Assembly (NCBI GenBank): GCA_012295275.1
Contig: CM022671.1
Location: forward strand, 17,546,001-17,610,000
Source of the DNA: Chrysomallon squamiferum
Taxonomy: Eukaryota; Animalia; Mollusca
DNA: 64,000 nucleotides
Reading direction: 5' to 3'
Shown: positions 60,796 to 64,000 of the stretch, one piece after another
How positions within the stretch are numbered: position 1 is the stretch's first letter
How the letters are laid out: every line of letters begins with the position of its first letter
Notes under the pieces: model-generated
The model's input: the letters and a program-made list of their open reading frames with translations, nothing else
Database searches by the model: none
What the model was told of the DNA's origin: nothing
Program-made: the position numbers and the translations under genes

Positions 60796-62163
60796 TTCTG
60801 TTTGTATAGCCCATATATATATATATATATATACACACACACTATTGTTTGTTCTCATTATGATTATAAAGTGCCTACGTGTTGTTTGCACTAAAATACT
60901 TTAGATATATTACGTGTTTATGACTGTGTCAGTGCCACATTATATTTTTTATGGTTTATATTTATATTTATTTTTGTTTTTATTACTTTCACCAGAGATA
61001 TATATTACTCTCTCATATCAGAAAGCGAGAAAAAAAAATATATATATATTGTATACCTGGCTGTAATAAAAACAAAATATAGATAGATAGACCGATAGAT
61101 GGATGGATGCATGGATAGAGAAAGAGATAGACAGACAGTTATTAATATATAGCAGTAGAAATTTGCTTCTGTAGTTTTTGAAAGACCTGTACAGACGTCA
61201 AATATCGCCTCAAACGCAGACGGCTAGGATAATACACCTCTGGGTGACCATTACAGTCTTCCTAAAGCATCACAGACATACATATTTCATAATTACTAGC
61301 CCATATTTCTGTACACACTTGTCATCGTGTTCATTATTTGTTCACAGGGAAAAGTCAGAATATCAGATTGTCATCCTATCAAATATTTCTTCTTTGTTTA
61401 ACCTTCTGATCAATAGAAGAAAGAAAGAAAGAAAGAAAGAAAAAAAAAAAAAAAAAAAGCCATAAGTCTCATTTCCTTACTATATTAACCTTTGATGAAC
61501 AAATTCTGCCCGAGGCCCATCGGCATATCTCATTATCTGAAAAATAAAGGAATCAAGGAAGAAACGTATCATCTGTGATTCTGTGTCGCCTTCGGGAGCA
61601 TGCAGTCGTTGTGTCAAACGCGGAACTGCAAAACACCGCTGCCTTCGTTGTAGTTCGAAAAAAATTAAAAAATAGAAGAAAAAAAATAATAGTAATAATA
61701 CAACGTTCCAGAGGCTATGTGGTGAACACGAGTTCAAAAGATGGACTTTGTTGGGTTTTTTGTTGTTGCTGTCTCTGCTGATAACACGGACAAGATCAAG
61801 ACGTTTCAGTTACCACCTGAGGGAATTTTAGAAACGATAAGCAATGAAAACTGAAAACAAAATAGGATCATCGCTAAATTATTCAGTTTAACAACGACAA
61901 TATAAAATAAAAAAAAAAAATATATATATATATATTAAAGTTGTCAAATTAGTCCATTTTATCGATGGATATTACTAATAAAATCAACTGGAAATTCAAA
62001 AGAAAAATTGTTTCAAATTACAGTGTTAACTGAGATACAAATTGAAAAATGTTGTAATGTTTAATTATACAATTTGTTTTTATTGTCTGAACATTTTTTA
62101 TGAGTCGTCATTTATTAGTTATATGAGAATATAAACATATCGTGGTAACATCTGGACATAAAT

Positions 62164-62176
62164 GTGTGTGGTATGG

Positions 62177-62228
<52 letters not shown>

Positions 62229-62260
62229 GTATGTATGTGTATGTATGTGTGTGTATGTGT

Positions 62261-62308
<48 letters not shown>

Positions 62309-62342
62309 ATGTATGTGTGTATATGTGTGTGTGTGTGTGTGT
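62164..62342. repeat. (GT)n/(GTAT)n microsatellite
   Basis: Direct reading. Confidence 0.93.
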
Positions 62343-62377
62343 CCAGTATTTCAACAGAGTGCATGGAGGGTGTGTGT

Positions 62378-62469
62378 GCCATCATTATGTTAAAATTAAC
62401 TTTGCAATGAGGCAACCAGGGTGGCGCCATCATTATGTTAAAATTAACTTTTGCAATGAGGAAACCAGG
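62378..62469. repeat. Two-copy direct repeat, 48 bp period (GCCATCATTATGTTAAAATTAACTTT(T)GCAATGAGGmAACCAGG)
   Basis: Copies at 62378 and 62426. Confidence 0.93.
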
Positions 62470-62848
62470 AATGAAAAAAAAAAAAAAAATGATCTAGCTA
62501 TAAAAAAAAGGAAAAAAAAAAAAAAATGATGGTTGGGCGGACCAGGGTACCTCTGTGTCTGAAACTGTGAAATGCGTCTGAGATCACTGAAATATCTGTG
62601 TTAGTGTCCCGGAATCGAGTGGAGCACTGAATGACTCTGATAAGGCGCGGCTGTTGTGCTCATTGTTCCTGGTTAACGTTACTGCAGCGCGAGTTGAAGT
62701 AACACGTGCGTTTAGTGCGGTCGATACGGTAATGCGCTGTTTGTGAAAAAAAAAAACTCTTTCACACGACCAAATGAGGCTTAACACCTCTACAAAATAG
62801 TCGTAATGCTTATTGACAGTAAATAAAATCTTGCTAAGTCAACAGTTT

Positions 62849-62936
<88 letters not shown>

Positions 62937-63756
62937 TTTTACGTACCCAAAATAAACTGAAATAAGACTGTGCAAGATGTACGTATTTTAAATACATGCA
63001 AAAGTAGTTATATACTGATAAATGTCTGTTTGTCTATTTATCTATCTATCCAAAACTCTCTCTCTCTCTCACACACACACATATATACACACACACACAC
63101 ACACAAACACTACACACTCATATACACATGCTTAGTAGACATGTCAAAATAACTGACTAATATATGGTCTAAATTTATGTACCTGACAGTAATAAAAACA
63201 AAAATAAATCATATATAACTATAAGCTTATTTCAACATAAACCATAAAAAATTACAATATGGCACTGATACATTCATAAACACGTAACATGATATTTAAT
63301 ATATTTTATTACAAACGACACACAAGCTCGCATACAGTCATAATGAGAACTATCAATCACGTACTACATAAAAAAAAAAAAAAAAAAAAAAAAAATGACG
63401 ATATCGTCATTTTGTGAATACATTTTGCTACTAACAATGATTATATTACCAGCCTCCATTTCGAGAAGAAAATGGAGAATTACACACACACACACACACA
63501 CATATATTAATACTGAAACAATTTATGATACAGTTCTGTCAAAAAACAAAATTAAAAAAATTAAAAGATCGGAGCCCAAGATCCACTTTCTCGGATGAGA
63601 GTAGAAGTACAAACATTCATACAGACAAGCAGTCCGTCCCATGAGTGGAAATGACGTACAACTGAAACGAAGAAAACATTTTTAAAACTGAGCAATCGAT
63701 CAGTTTTCAGTGTCTAAACCTCCTCTGCAGCAACACAATGTTACCCTTTAGACTGG

Positions 63757-63757
63757 T

Positions 63758-63804
<47 letters not shown>

Positions 63805-63897
63805 TTATATTACTTTTTGTCTTGATTTGTATTGCATTTTTAATGGTATTATCTGTTACCCAAAATATAATGATGATGATTCTGATGAAGATACTAG

Positions 63898-63929
<32 letters not shown>

Positions 63930-63953
63930 TTAATAATAATAATAATAATAATA

Positions 63954-64000
<47 letters not shown>
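63757..64000. repeat. (TTTA)n, then (TAC)n-(AAT)n-(TAT)n, running to the window edge
   Basis: Direct reading. Confidence 0.9.

Overview
AT-rich eukaryotic (animal) DNA with very many microsatellites. It is most likely one large intron or an intergenic/regulatory desert. SINE-like remnants suggest a gastropod mollusc, but that rests on recalled similarity, not a search. I can support no protein-coding gene, rRNA, tRNA or CRISPR array; almost all listed ORFs are translations of simple repeats. The window contains dozens of SSR tracts, several minisatellites (36, 39, 45, 48 and 72 bp units), decayed SINE-like pieces and a ~230 bp element present twice in inverted orientation 43.5 kb apart. It also has about 30 CpG-retaining unique islands. 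The main observation is a pervasive, nested fold-back architecture. Complementary SSRs (CT/AG, GT/AC, GAT/ATC) occur as partner pairs 0.3-5 kb apart, and their unique flanks are also reverse-complementary in the correct nested order. The stems often enclose a CpG-rich island, and most of the imperfect pairs I checked read as G-U on the + strand. This suggests a + strand transcript folded into long hairpin domains. All alignments were done by eye.
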